64,000 bases of DNA from an uncultured Actinomycetes bacterium (lineage in GTDB: Bacteria; Actinomycetota; Thermoleophilia; Gaiellales; Gaiellaceae): assembly GCA_963729135.1 (NCBI GenBank), contig CAVSMT010000014.1, positions 216,609 through 280,608 on the forward strand. The letters are read 5' to 3'. Numbering within the stretch: the stretch's first letter is position 1; each line of letters begins with the position of its first letter. The notes under the pieces are model-generated. The model ran no database searches. It saw nothing but the letters and a program-made list of their open reading frames with translations, and had not been told where the DNA came from. Positions 18,496-27,544 of the stretch are shown piece after piece. A program made the translations under genes and the position numbers.

Positions 18496-20121
18496 ATGTC
18501 CGTGACCTGGCTCCGGCGGCTCGCGGTCGGCGCGCTCCTCGCGACCGTCGCGATCGCGTTCGCGGACTCGTCGATCGTCGTGCTCGCGCTCCCCGATCTG
18601 CTCGGCCAGTTCGACGTCTCGATCACCGAGGTCGCATGGGTCGTGACCTCGTACAACCTCGCGCTCGCGATCGTCGCGCTCGTGCTCGTCCGCTTCGCGC
18701 CCCGCGCCGGGGCGAAGCGGCTCGTGCTCGCGGGAACGGCGACCTTCCTCGTCGCGTCGCTCGCATGCGCCGCCGCGCCCGGGATCTGGGAGCTCGTGGC
18801 CGCCCGTACGGTGCAGGGGGCGGGCGCGGCGCTCCTCCTCGTCGGCGCGCTGCCGCTCGTGGGACGGCCCGCGCTCTGGGCCGGCGCGAGCGTGATCGGC
18901 GGCGCGCTCGGGCCGGCGCTCGGCGGGGTGCTGACCCAGGCGTTCGACTGGCGAGCGATCTTCGTCGTCCAGGCCCCCGTCGCCGGCGCCGGGCTGCTCG
19001 CCGCGCTCTTCCTCCGCGAGCGGCCCGCGGCCGAGGAGACCGCGCCGACCCGCGGCCGGATCGCGGCGAACACGGCGCTCGGGCTCGTCTCGGCCGCGCT
19101 CGTCGGCCTCCTGTTCCTCGCGGTGGTCGAGCTCGTGGACGTGCTCCGGCTCTCGCCGCTCGAGGCCGGCGTCGTCGTGAGCGCGCTCGCGGTCGCGACG
19201 CTCGTCGCCCAGCCGCTCGCCCGCTCGGGCCGCGCAGGGCTGACGGTGGCGGGGATCGTGCTGCTCGCGGGCGGGCTCGTCGCGATGGCGTTCCTGCCGT
19301 CGCGCGACGTGATTTGGGCCGTCGCCGCGCTCGCGCTCGGTGGTCTCGGCTACGGGATCGTCGTGCCGCGCGTGACGCGCGACGCGCTCGCCGGCGCCGG
19401 TGCGGCGTCGGACGGCGCGCGCACCGTGTGGGCCCGACACGCCGGGCTCGTCGCCGGTCTGCTCGTGCTGACGCCGCTCCTCGCGACCGACCTCACCGCG
19501 GCGGGGAACCGCGCCGAGCTCCGCGGCATCTCCGTCGTGCTCGACGCGCCGGTGCCGGCCACCGCGAAGCTCCGCCTCGCGATCGACCTCGCGCCGGCGC
19601 TCGCGCGCCCGCCGCGGAAGGAGCTCCCGAGCTTCGCGGCGCAGGTCGCGCACGAGCACGACTCGACGCTGACCGCGATCGGCCGGCGTCTCGACGAGAC
19701 CGCGCAGGCGACCGTGAGCCGCGGCTTCCGCCGCTCGTACCTCGTCGCCGCGCTGTTCGCGCTGCTCGCGCTCGTGCCGCTCGCGATCGCCCGCCGCCCG
19801 GCCGCGCTCCGGACGCCGGCGGTCGCGTTCGCGATCGTCGCCGCCCTCCTCCTCGCGGAGCTCGCCGCCGGCGCCGCCGCCTTCGGTGCCCGGCCCGCGC
19901 TCGTCGCCCCGTGCGGCGAGCGGAGCCCACCGCCGAGCGGCCCCGTCCTCGTCGGCCTCGACGCGGTCGCGTGCGGCCTCCACACCTCGCGCGAGCAGCT
20001 CGTCGCGGACGCGGCGCGCCGCGGCGTCGGCGCCGCCGAGCTCGCGTTGAAGGTCGAGCGGAACGCGAACGGCCTCTCGGGCCTGTTCGACTGGCTCCGC
20101 GCGGAGCTGTCGCGCCGCTGA
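18496..20121 (+). CDS. MFS-like integral membrane protein with an extended C-terminal domain
   Basis: N-terminal half is MFS-like (FADSSIVVLALPDLLGQF, RTVQGAGAALLL). There are about 10-12 TM segments. Confidence 0.6.
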   Translation: MSVTWLRRLAVGALLATVAIAFADSSIVVLALPDLLGQFDVSITEVAWVVTSYNLALAIVALVLVRFAPRAGAKRLVLAGTATFLVASLACAAAPGIWELVAARTVQGAGAALLLVGALPLVGRPALWAGASVIGGALGPALGGVLTQAFDWRAIFVVQAPVAGAGLLAALFLRERPAAEETAPTRGRIAANTALGLVSAALVGLLFLAVVELVDVLRLSPLEAGVVVSALAVATLVAQPLARSGRAGLTVAGIVLLAGGLVAMAFLPSRDVIWAVAALALGGLGYGIVVPRVTRDALAGAGAASDGARTVWARHAGLVAGLLVLTPLLATDLTAAGNRAELRGISVVLDAPVPATAKLRLAIDLAPALARPPRKELPSFAAQVAHEHDSTLTAIGRRLDETAQATVSRGFRRSYLVAALFALLALVPLAIARRPAALRTPAVAFAIVAALLLAELAAGAAAFGARPALVAPCGERSPPPSGPVLVGLDAVACGLHTSREQLVADAARRGVGAAELALKVERNANGLSGLFDWLRAELSRR

Positions 20122-20123
20122 GC

Positions 20124-21086
20124 GTGCTCGTCGAGCCGACGCTCGCCGACGTGCAGGACGCGCGGCGGACGATCGCGCCGTACCTCCAGCCGACGCCGCT
20201 CCGCGAGTACGCCGGGCTGACGGAGCTCGTCGGCGCCGAGACGCTCGTGAAGCACGAGAACCACCTGCCGACCGGCGCGTTCAAGGTGCGCGGCGGCGTG
20301 AATCTCGTCGCGTGCCTCGCCGAGGACGAGCGCGCCCGCGGGCTCGTCACCGCCTCGACCGGGAACCACGGGCAGTCGATCGCGTACGCGGCGCGCCTCT
20401 TCGGCGCGCGCGCGACGGTATGCGTCCCCGAGCGCGCGAACGCCGCGAAGGTCGGGGCAATTCGCGCGCTCGGCGCCGAGATCGTCGAGCACGGGCGCGA
20501 CTTCGACGAGGCCCGCGAGCACTGCGAGCTCCTCGCCGCCGAGCGCGGGGCGCGCTACGTCCACTCGGGCGACGAGCCGCTGCTGATCGCGGGCGTCGGC
20601 ACCCACACGCTCGAGCTTCTCGAGGAGGAGCCCGATGTCGACGTCGTGGTCGTGCCGATCGGCGGGGGGAGCGGCGCGGCCGGTGCGTGCATCGTCGCGA
20701 GGGCGCTCCGGCCCGGGTGCGAGGTGATCGGCGTCCAGTCGGAGGCGGCCCCCGCCGCGTACCGCTCGTGGCGGGACGGCGTGCTCCGCGAGGACCGGAT
20801 GGGGACGGCGGCCGAGGGCCTCGCGACGCGCGTCGGCTTCGAGCTGCCGCAGCGCATCCTCCGCGAGCGCCTCGACGAGTTCGTGCTCGTCGGCGAGGAC
20901 GAGCTGGCGGCGGCGCAGGGGTCGATGATCGAGCACACGCGGAACCTCGTGGAGCTCGCCGGCGCAGCGCCGCTCGCGGCCGCGCTCCGGCTCCGCGAGC
21001 GGCTCGCGGGGAAGCGCGTCGCGCTGATCTGCAGCGGCGGGAACGTCACGCTCGACCAGCTCCGCGCGCTGCTCGCCGCCCCGTGA
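20124..21086 (+). CDS. PLP-dependent threonine/serine dehydratase family enzyme
   Basis: Lys motif TGAFKVRGG, STGNHGQS and the glycine loop PIGGGSGAAG. Confidence 0.8.
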   Translation: MLVEPTLADVQDARRTIAPYLQPTPLREYAGLTELVGAETLVKHENHLPTGAFKVRGGVNLVACLAEDERARGLVTASTGNHGQSIAYAARLFGARATVCVPERANAAKVGAIRALGAEIVEHGRDFDEAREHCELLAAERGARYVHSGDEPLLIAGVGTHTLELLEEEPDVDVVVVPIGGGSGAAGACIVARALRPGCEVIGVQSEAAPAAYRSWRDGVLREDRMGTAAEGLATRVGFELPQRILRERLDEFVLVGEDELAAAQGSMIEHTRNLVELAGAAPLAAALRLRERLAGKRVALICSGGNVTLDQLRALLAAP

Positions 21087-21342
21087 CAGCGGGGAGGTGC
21101 TTCTCGCAGCCGTTGCTTGATCGCCGACGCGCGTACGCTCGCGGCGTGGGGCTGCCCGTGTCCGCCGGGTTCCCGATCGTCGCCTGTCTGCCCGCCGCGA
21201 CTTTGGCGCGGTGGGGAGCGACCGCCGGGGCCGCGCTCATCGCGGTCGTCCTCGCGCTGAGCCTGGTTGCGGTCCTCGGGCCGAACAGCGACTCGAGCTG
21301 ACCGCGCGCCCGACTCGAGCCGCCCGACCTAGACTGGCGCGG

Positions 21343-22491
21343 GTGGCGCCCCGGATCGCAGCAGGACTCTCGACCGCGCCGGGTGCGGGCCGGGCCGCGG
21401 CCGAGGCCGCGCGCGAGGCGGCCGCGGGACTCGGCGGCCGCGCGACCGATCTCGCGTTCCTGTTCCTCTCGGCCGAGCACCTCGACGGCGCGGAGGACGC
21501 GGCCGCCGCCGTGACCGACGAGCTCGATCCGCGCGTCCTCCTCGGCTGCGTCGCCGGCGGCGTGCTCGCGCAGGAGCGCGAGCTCGAGGACGGGCCGGGC
21601 GCGGCCGTGTGGGCCGGGGCGCTGCCGGGGGCGACGATCGACCCGTTCCACCTCGGCGCGCTCGACGCGGCCGACCCGCCGGCGCTCGACGACCCGGCGC
21701 TCGTCGCGCTCCTCGTCGACCCGTTCACGTTCCCGCTCGCCGAGTACCTCGAGAGCCTGAACGCGGAGCAGCCGGGGCTGCCGCTCGTCGGCGGGATCGC
21801 CGCGGGCGCCGGCCGGCCCGGGACGCAGGCGCTGATCCTCGACGGCGAGGTGCTCGACACCGGCGCGGTCGGCGCGTCGGTCTCCGGCATCCCGGTGCGG
21901 ACGGTCGTCTCGCAGGGCTGCGCGCCGTTCGGCCGCGAGGCCGTGATCACCCGCGCCGAGGGCAACGTCGTCCACGAGCTCGCCGGCGAGCCGGCGCTCG
22001 ACCGGCTGCAGGCGGAGATTCTCGCGCTCGACCCGGCCGTGCAGCGGCAGGTCGCAAGCGGCCTCCTCGTCGGGCTCGTGATCGACGAGAACAAGTCCGA
22101 GTACGGGCGCGGCGACTACGTCGTCCGCGGCCTCCTCGGCGCCGACGAGCAGGCTCGCTCGCTCGCCGTCGGCGAGCGCGTGCGCGTCGGGCAGACGCTC
22201 CGCTTCCACTTCCGCGACGCGACGAGCGCCGACCGCGACCTCCGCGAGGCGCTCGACGACGCGCTCGACCACGGGCAGCGTCCGGCGGCCGGCGCGCTCG
22301 TCTTCAGCTGCAACGGCCGCGGCACCGGCATGTTCGGCGAGGCCGACCACGACGCCCGCGCCGTCGCGGCCGCGCTCGGAGCGCCGGCGCTCGCCGGCTT
22401 CTTCTGCGGCGGCGAGATCGGCCCGGTCGGCGGCCGCGCGTTCCTGCACGGCCTCACCGCCACGATGGCCGTCTTCTTCCACGACGACTGA
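21343..22491 (+). CDS. FIST (FIST_N + FIST_C) sensory domain protein
   Basis: LAFLFLSAEH.., LVGGIAAG, GLLVGLVIDE and ALVFSCNGRG..FFCGGEIGP are typical FIST features. Confidence 0.7.
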   Translation: MAPRIAAGLSTAPGAGRAAAEAAREAAAGLGGRATDLAFLFLSAEHLDGAEDAAAAVTDELDPRVLLGCVAGGVLAQERELEDGPGAAVWAGALPGATIDPFHLGALDAADPPALDDPALVALLVDPFTFPLAEYLESLNAEQPGLPLVGGIAAGAGRPGTQALILDGEVLDTGAVGASVSGIPVRTVVSQGCAPFGREAVITRAEGNVVHELAGEPALDRLQAEILALDPAVQRQVASGLLVGLVIDENKSEYGRGDYVVRGLLGADEQARSLAVGERVRVGQTLRFHFRDATSADRDLREALDDALDHGQRPAAGALVFSCNGRGTGMFGEADHDARAVAAALGAPALAGFFCGGEIGPVGGRAFLHGLTATMAVFFHDD

Positions 22492-22509
22492 AACGACAAG
22501 GGGGGCTCG

Positions 22510-23163
22510 ATGAGGATCGGCGTGCTCGGAACGGGAATGGTCGGCCACGCGCTCGCGACGAGGCTCGTGCAGCTCGGGCACGAGGTGACGATGGGCTCGC
22601 GGACGGCGGGGAACGAGAAGGCGGTCGCGTGGGCGCAGTCGGCCGGCGCGGGCGCGAGCGAGGGCAGCTTCGCGGACGCCGCCGCGTTCGGCGAGCTGCT
22701 CGTCCACTGCACCGCCGGCATGCACTCCCTCGCCGCCCTCGGCGAGGCCGGCGTCGCGAACCTCGCCGGGAAGGTGCTGATCGACATCGCGAACCCGCTC
22801 GACTTCTCCGGCGGGATGCCGCCGACGCTCGCGGTCTGCAACACCGACTCGCTGGGCGAGCAGATCCAGAGCACGTTTCCCGACACGAAGGTCGTGAAGG
22901 CGCTGAACACGATGAACTGCACCGTGATGGTCGATCCGGCGTCGCTGCCCGGCGACCACGTCGTCTTCGTGTGCGGCGAGGACGCCGACGCGAAGCGGCA
23001 GGTCGCGGAGCTGCTCGGCACGTTCGGGTGGCCGGACGACCGGATCGTCGACCTCGGCGGGATCCGGGCCTCGCGCGGCGTCGAGATGTTCCTGCCGCTC
23101 TGGATCGGGCTGATGGGCGCGCTCCGCACGCCGCAGTTCAACGTCGGCCTGATCCGCGGCTGA
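22510..23163 (+). CDS. NADPH-dependent F420 reductase-like / NAD(P)-binding oxidoreductase
   Basis: Rossmann N-terminus MRIGVLGTGMVGHALATRL..VTMGSR, with KVLIDIANPL and VKALNTM. Confidence 0.6.
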   Translation: MRIGVLGTGMVGHALATRLVQLGHEVTMGSRTAGNEKAVAWAQSAGAGASEGSFADAAAFGELLVHCTAGMHSLAALGEAGVANLAGKVLIDIANPLDFSGGMPPTLAVCNTDSLGEQIQSTFPDTKVVKALNTMNCTVMVDPASLPGDHVVFVCGEDADAKRQVAELLGTFGWPDDRIVDLGGIRASRGVEMFLPLWIGLMGALRTPQFNVGLIRG

Positions 23164-24915
23164 CCGCGCCGGCGTTCCTCGGCGTCGACGTCGGCGGCAC
23201 GTTCACCGACGCCGTGCTGCTCGCCGACGGCGAGCTCACGACCGCGAAGGTGCCGACCGTGGCGGGCCAGGAGGAGTCGGTCGTCGCCGCCGTCGGCGCG
23301 GTGCTCGGGGCGCGCCCGGCTGCCGAGGTCGAGCGGTTCACGCACGGGACGACGATCGTCACGAACGCGCTCCTCGAGCGGCGCGGCGCGCGGACGGCGC
23401 TCGTCGCGACGGCCGGGTTCGAGCACGTGCTCCACCTCGGCCGGCAGGCGCGCCCGCACCTGTACCGGCTGTGCGAGGCGCCGCCCGAGCCGCTCGTCCC
23501 GCTCGACCGCTGCGTCGGCGTCCGCGAGCGGGTCGGGCCGGAGGGCGTCGTGCGGCCGCTCGAGCTCGACTCGCTGCCGCCGCTCGACGCCGAGGCGATC
23601 GCGGTCTGCCTGCTCTTCTCGTTCCGCGAGCCGGAGCACGAGGCCGCCGTCGCGGCGGAGCTGCGGCGCCGGTACCCCGACGCCCACGTCGTCGCGTCGC
23701 ACGAGCTCGCGCCCGAGCTCCGCGAGTACGAGCGCGCCTCGACGACCGCGGCCGACGCGTACCTCGGGCCGCTGTTCTCGCGGTACCTCGGCGGGCTCGA
23801 GCGCGCGTGCGCGGCGCGCGGGCTGCCCGAGCCGCTCGTGATGCGCTCCTCCGGCGGGCTCGCGCGGCTCGGCGAGGCCGCCGAGCACGCGAGCTGGGCG
23901 CTGCTCTCCGGGCCGGCCGCCGGCGCGGTCGGCGCCGCGCTCGTCGCCCGGCTCGCCGGATTCGACGACGCCCTCGCGCTCGACATGGGCGGGACGTCGA
24001 CCGACGTCTGCGCGATCGTCGGCGGCGAGGTGCTGCGCGCGGCGGAGCGGACGGTAGGCGGCGTGCCGATCCGGCTCCCGAGCGTGGACGTCCACACCGT
24101 CGGCGCGGGCGGCGGCTCGCTCGCGTGGCGCGACTCCGGCGGCGCGCTCCGCGTCGGGCCGCGGAGCGCGGGCGCCCTGCCGGGCCCGGCCTGCTACGGG
24201 CGGGGCGGGACGCAGCCGACCGTGACCGACGCGAACCTGCTCCTCGACCGCCTCCCGGCGGCGCTGCCCGGAGGGCTCGAGCTCGACCGCGGCGCCGCGG
24301 CGCGCGCGCTCGGCCGGCTCGACCCGGCGAGCGGTCGTCGAGGTCGTGAACGCGGAGATGCTCCGGGCGCTCCGCGTCGTCTCGGTCGAGCGCGGGCTCG
24401 ACCCGCGCGGGTTCGCGCTCGTCGCGTTCGGCGGCGCCGGGCCGCTCCACGCGTGCGCGCTCGCGCGCGAGCTCGGGATCCGCACCGTGCTCGTCCCGGA
24501 GGCGGCCGGCGTGCTCTCGGCGCTCGGGCTCGTCGCCGCCGACGAGCGCCGCGACGAGGCCCGCTCGCGCGTCGAGCCGCTCGCCGGCGCCGGCGAGCTG
24601 CCGGCCGACGCGGAGCTCGACCTCCGCTACGCCGGCCAGTCGCACGAGCTGGCCGTGCCCGCGGCGGGCGACCCTGCCGAGGCGTTCCACGGGCTGCACG
24701 AGGAGCGGTACGGCTTCTCGGACCGCGGTCGCCCGGTCGAGCTCGTCGCCGTCCGCCGTGCCGAGACGCGGCCCGGGCCGAAGGTTCGCCTGCACGGAGC
24801 CGCCCGCTCGGTCCGCGGGCCGGCGGTCGTCGAGCTCCCGGGCGCGACGTGCTGGGTGCCCGACGGCTGGTCGGGCTCGACCGACGCGCACGGGACGCTG
24901 GTGCTCGAGCGGTGA
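23160..24915 (+). CDS. hyuA: Hydantoinase/oxoprolinase A subunit (HyuA family); frame break near 24328-24332; start codon unclear
   Basis: FLGVDVGGTFTDAVL, DMGGTSTDV and VHTVGAGGGS are in frame 0. The rest, VVEVVNAEMLRALRVVSVERGLDPR..AFGGAGPLHA, is in frame 1. No ATG/GTG/TTG precedes the conserved N-terminus (CTG at 23160). Confidence 0.85.
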
Positions 24916-26429
24916 ACGTCGAGCTGGAGGTGATCGGCGGCGCGCTCCGCTCGGTCACGGAGGAGATGGCCGCCGTGCTCGTCCGCTCGGCGTTCTCGCC
25001 GAACATCAAGGAGCGGCGCGACTGCTCGACCGCGCTCTTCGACGAGGACGGGACGATGGTCGCGCAGGCCGAGAGCATCCCGGTGCACCTCGGCTCACTG
25101 CCCGACGCGCTCGCGGCGGTGCGCGCCGCCGCCGGCACATGTGTACACATGGGCCACTTTCTGGGCCCGGCGCCCGGCGAGACGTGGATCCTGAACGACC
25201 CGTTCGCCGGCGGAACGCACCTCCCGGACCTGACGCTCGTCTCGCCGACGGCGCTCGGCTTCGCGGTCTCGCGCGCCCACCACGCCGACGTCGGCGGGGC
25301 CGAGCCGGGCAGCCTCCCGGCTGGCTCGACGCGCCTCGAGGAGGAGGGCGTCGTGATCCCGCCGACGCGGCTCGACGACGTGGCGCTCGCGGAGCTGACC
25401 GGCCGGATGCGGAACCCCGACGAGCGGGGCGGCGACCTCCGGGCGCAGCTCGCCGCGCACCGGCTCGCCGAGCGGCGCGTCGCCGAGCTCGCCGATCGCT
25501 ACGGCCCGGATCGCGTCCGCCGCGCGATGCGCGCGCTCGTCGCGTACTCCGAGCGGCGCGTCCGCGCGGCGCTCGCCGCGCTCCCGGACGGGCGCTGGGA
25601 GGCGGTCGAGCTGCTCGAGACCGCCGACGGCGAGCTCGAGCTCCGAGCCGCCGTGGCCGTCCGCGGCGACGCGGTCGAGATCGACTTCGCCGGGACGGCG
25701 CCGCAGCACGGCGGCAACCTGAACTGCCCGCTCGCGGTCACGCGCTCGGCCTGCTACTTCGTCGTCCGGTGCGTCACCGACCCGGACGTGCCCGCCTCGG
25801 CCGGCGCGTTCGCCCCCGTGACCGTGCTCGCGCCGGCCGGCTCGCTCGTGAACGCGGGGCCGCCCGCCGCTGTCGCGGCGGGAAACGTCGAGACCTCGTC
25901 GCGGCTCGTCGATCTCCTGTTCGCCGCGTTCGGCCGGGCCGTCGCGGTGCCCGCGCAGGGGCAGGGGACGATGAACAACGTCGTGCTCGGGAACGACAGC
26001 TTCGCGTACTACGAGACGATCGGCGGCGGCCAGGGCGCGTGCCCGGACGCCGACGGTCCGTCGGGCGTCCACGTCGCGATGTCGAACACGCTGAACACGC
26101 CGGTCGAGGCGCTCGAGCTCGCGTATCCGCTCCGCGTCGAGCGGTACGCGCTGCGGCCCGGGAGCGGCGGCGCCGGCGCGCACCGCGGCGGCGACGGCGT
26201 CGTGCGCGAGCTCCGCGCGCTCGAGGACTGCCGGCTGTCGGTGCTCGCGCAGCGGCGCCGGAGCGCGCCGCGGGGCGCGGCGGGCGGCGAGCCGGGCGCG
26301 CGCGGCCGGACGCTCGTGAACGGGGTCGAGCTGCCGCCGCTCGCGAGTCGCGACCTCGCGGCGGGCGACGTGCTCACGGTCGAGACGCCCGGCGGCGGGG
26401 GGTACGGCCCGGCCCGCGCCGGTGCATAG
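24912..26429 (+). CDS. hyuB: Hydantoinase B/oxoprolinase B subunit (HyuB family)
   Basis: GTGA overlap with hyuA. SPNIKERRDCSTALFD, IPVHLGS, NDPFAGGTHLPD and YYETIGGGQGA. Confidence 0.85.
   Translation: MNVELEVIGGALRSVTEEMAAVLVRSAFSPNIKERRDCSTALFDEDGTMVAQAESIPVHLGSLPDALAAVRAAAGTCVHMGHFLGPAPGETWILNDPFAGGTHLPDLTLVSPTALGFAVSRAHHADVGGAEPGSLPAGSTRLEEEGVVIPPTRLDDVALAELTGRMRNPDERGGDLRAQLAAHRLAERRVAELADRYGPDRVRRAMRALVAYSERRVRAALAALPDGRWEAVELLETADGELELRAAVAVRGDAVEIDFAGTAPQHGGNLNCPLAVTRSACYFVVRCVTDPDVPASAGAFAPVTVLAPAGSLVNAGPPAAVAAGNVETSSRLVDLLFAAFGRAVAVPAQGQGTMNNVVLGNDSFAYYETIGGGQGACPDADGPSGVHVAMSNTLNTPVEALELAYPLRVERYALRPGSGGAGAHRGGDGVVRELRALEDCRLSVLAQRRRSAPRGAAGGEPGARGRTLVNGVELPPLASRDLAAGDVLTVETPGGGGYGPARAGA
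25134..25155. repeat. 22-bp near-perfect palindrome GGCACATGTGTACACATGGGCC (copy 2 of 2), inside hyuB
   Basis: The core CATGTGTACACATG is a perfect 14-bp palindrome. It shares the 14-mer TGTACACATGGGCC with 16304-16317. It encodes the extra peptide around TCVHMGHF. Confidence 0.7.
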
Positions 26430-26907
26430 TTCGCCCGTGCCGCGCATCCCCAGGCCGAACGTGCTCGAGCGGCGTATGTCGCGGTTCATGGCGGCGCCGC
26501 CGTCCGTCCGGACGGCCGCCGGTGTGATCGTCACGGCGACGGCGATCGTCGTCGTGGGCGGCGGGATCCTGATGCGGATCATCGACCACGAGGAGTACGC
26601 GAACGTCTGGGTCGGGATGTGGTGGGCCATCCAGACGGTCACGACCGTCGGCTACGGGGACGTGACGCCGGCGCACCGCTCGGGGCGGCTCGTGGCCGCG
26701 TTCGTGATGCTCGAGGGGATCGCGTTCCTGACGATCATCACCGCCGTGATCACCTCGACGTTCGTCGCCCGCGCGCAGGCCGAGCGGGCCGCGCTCGACG
26801 CCGCGGACGTCGGCGAGCACGACCAGACCGTCGACGCGAAGCTCGACGAGCTCGCGCGACGGCTCGACCGGATCGAGGCGGCGCTCGGCGAGCTGAGCCG
26901 CCGCTGA
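26422..26907 (+). CDS. Two-TM potassium channel (KcsA-like; Ion_trans_2)
   Basis: Selectivity filter TVGYGD flanked by two TM helices. The start could instead be ATG 26476. Confidence 0.8.
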   Translation: MHSSPVPRIPRPNVLERRMSRFMAAPPSVRTAAGVIVTATAIVVVGGGILMRIIDHEEYANVWVGMWWAIQTVTTVGYGDVTPAHRSGRLVAAFVMLEGIAFLTIITAVITSTFVARAQAERAALDAADVGEHDQTVDAKLDELARRLDRIEAALGELSRR

Positions 26908-26950
26908 TCTCAAGGGCCCCGGGCGGCAGCCGATTACACGGCCGTCCCCG

Positions 26951-27415
26951 ATGCGACGCCCTCGCTTTCACTTCAAGCTCGACTCGGTTCGCACGGTCCG
27001 GCAGCACTCCGAGAGCCTTGCCATGCAGGCGCTCGCGAGCGAGCTGGCCGAGGCCGGCGAGCTCGAGCTCCGGCTCGGCGCCGCCGAGCAGCGCCTCGTC
27101 GCGGCCCGCGAGGAGGGCGCCGGCTCGCTCGGCGCGCTCGAGCTCGCGCAGCGGCAGCTCTACCGCGAGCGGATCGAGCGCGAGCTCGATGACGCACGGA
27201 TGCGCGCGAGCCTCCAGGCCCGCGCCGTCCAGCACGCGCGCGACCAGCTCGACGTCGCCGCCCGCGAGCGCGAGGCGCTCGACCGGCTCGAGGAGCGCAG
27301 GCGGGCCGAGCACTCGCAGGAGCTCGATCGCGCCGAGCGGCTCGTCGTCGACGAGATCGCGGCGAAGATGCGGCCGAACGGCTTCGGCGCGACGGCCCAG
27401 GGAGATGCGCGGTGA
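26951..27415 (+). CDS. fliJ: Flagellar export chaperone-like protein FliJ
   Basis: FHFKLDSVRTVRQHSESLAMQALA.. at the N-terminus, and ..REALDRLEERRRAEHSQELDRAERLVVDEIA, match the FliJ family pattern. All-helical, 154 aa. Confidence 0.7.
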   Translation: MRRPRFHFKLDSVRTVRQHSESLAMQALASELAEAGELELRLGAAEQRLVAAREEGAGSLGALELAQRQLYRERIERELDDARMRASLQARAVQHARDQLDVAAREREALDRLEERRRAEHSQELDRAERLVVDEIAAKMRPNGFGATAQGDAR

Positions 27416-27544
27416 GCCTCGCCGACGTCCTGGCCCGGATCGAGCAGCTCCTGCCGCAGCCGCCGCAGCAGGCTCCCGCGCCGACGAGCGCGACCGGTTT
27501 CGCCGACACGCTCGCGCAGGCGCAGTCCGCCGCGGCGCCGGCGG
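27412..27544 (+). pseudogene. 46-codon head of a FliJ-coupled gene (N-terminus resembles the CHAP hydrolase at 30386), truncated by the flagellin fragment
   Basis: GTGA overlap with the fliJ stop. VSLADVLARIEQLL..GFADTLAQAQ compares with MSYPDVVSRVSELQ..EAFPAALAAL. Homology ends at about 27541, where flagellin sequence begins in the next frame. Confidence 0.4.

Noticed and set aside
16219-19983. Very long minus-strand ORF (1254 aa). Similar giants occur at 42178-46287 (1369 aa), 46086-49628 (1180 aa), 5149-7632, 9664-11670 and 54878-56932.
   Set aside because: Their translations are low-complexity Arg/Ala/Pro/Gly-rich strings with no motifs. They lie antisense to genes with clear family signatures. 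This is the usual stop-codon-poor antisense artefact of high-GC DNA.
21609-26429. Single 1606-aa plus-strand ORF that would fuse several genes.
   Set aside because: Only the last ~1090 codons (hyuA N-terminal part and hyuB) are real coding sequence in this frame. The first part is an off-frame read-through of the FIST and reductase genes.
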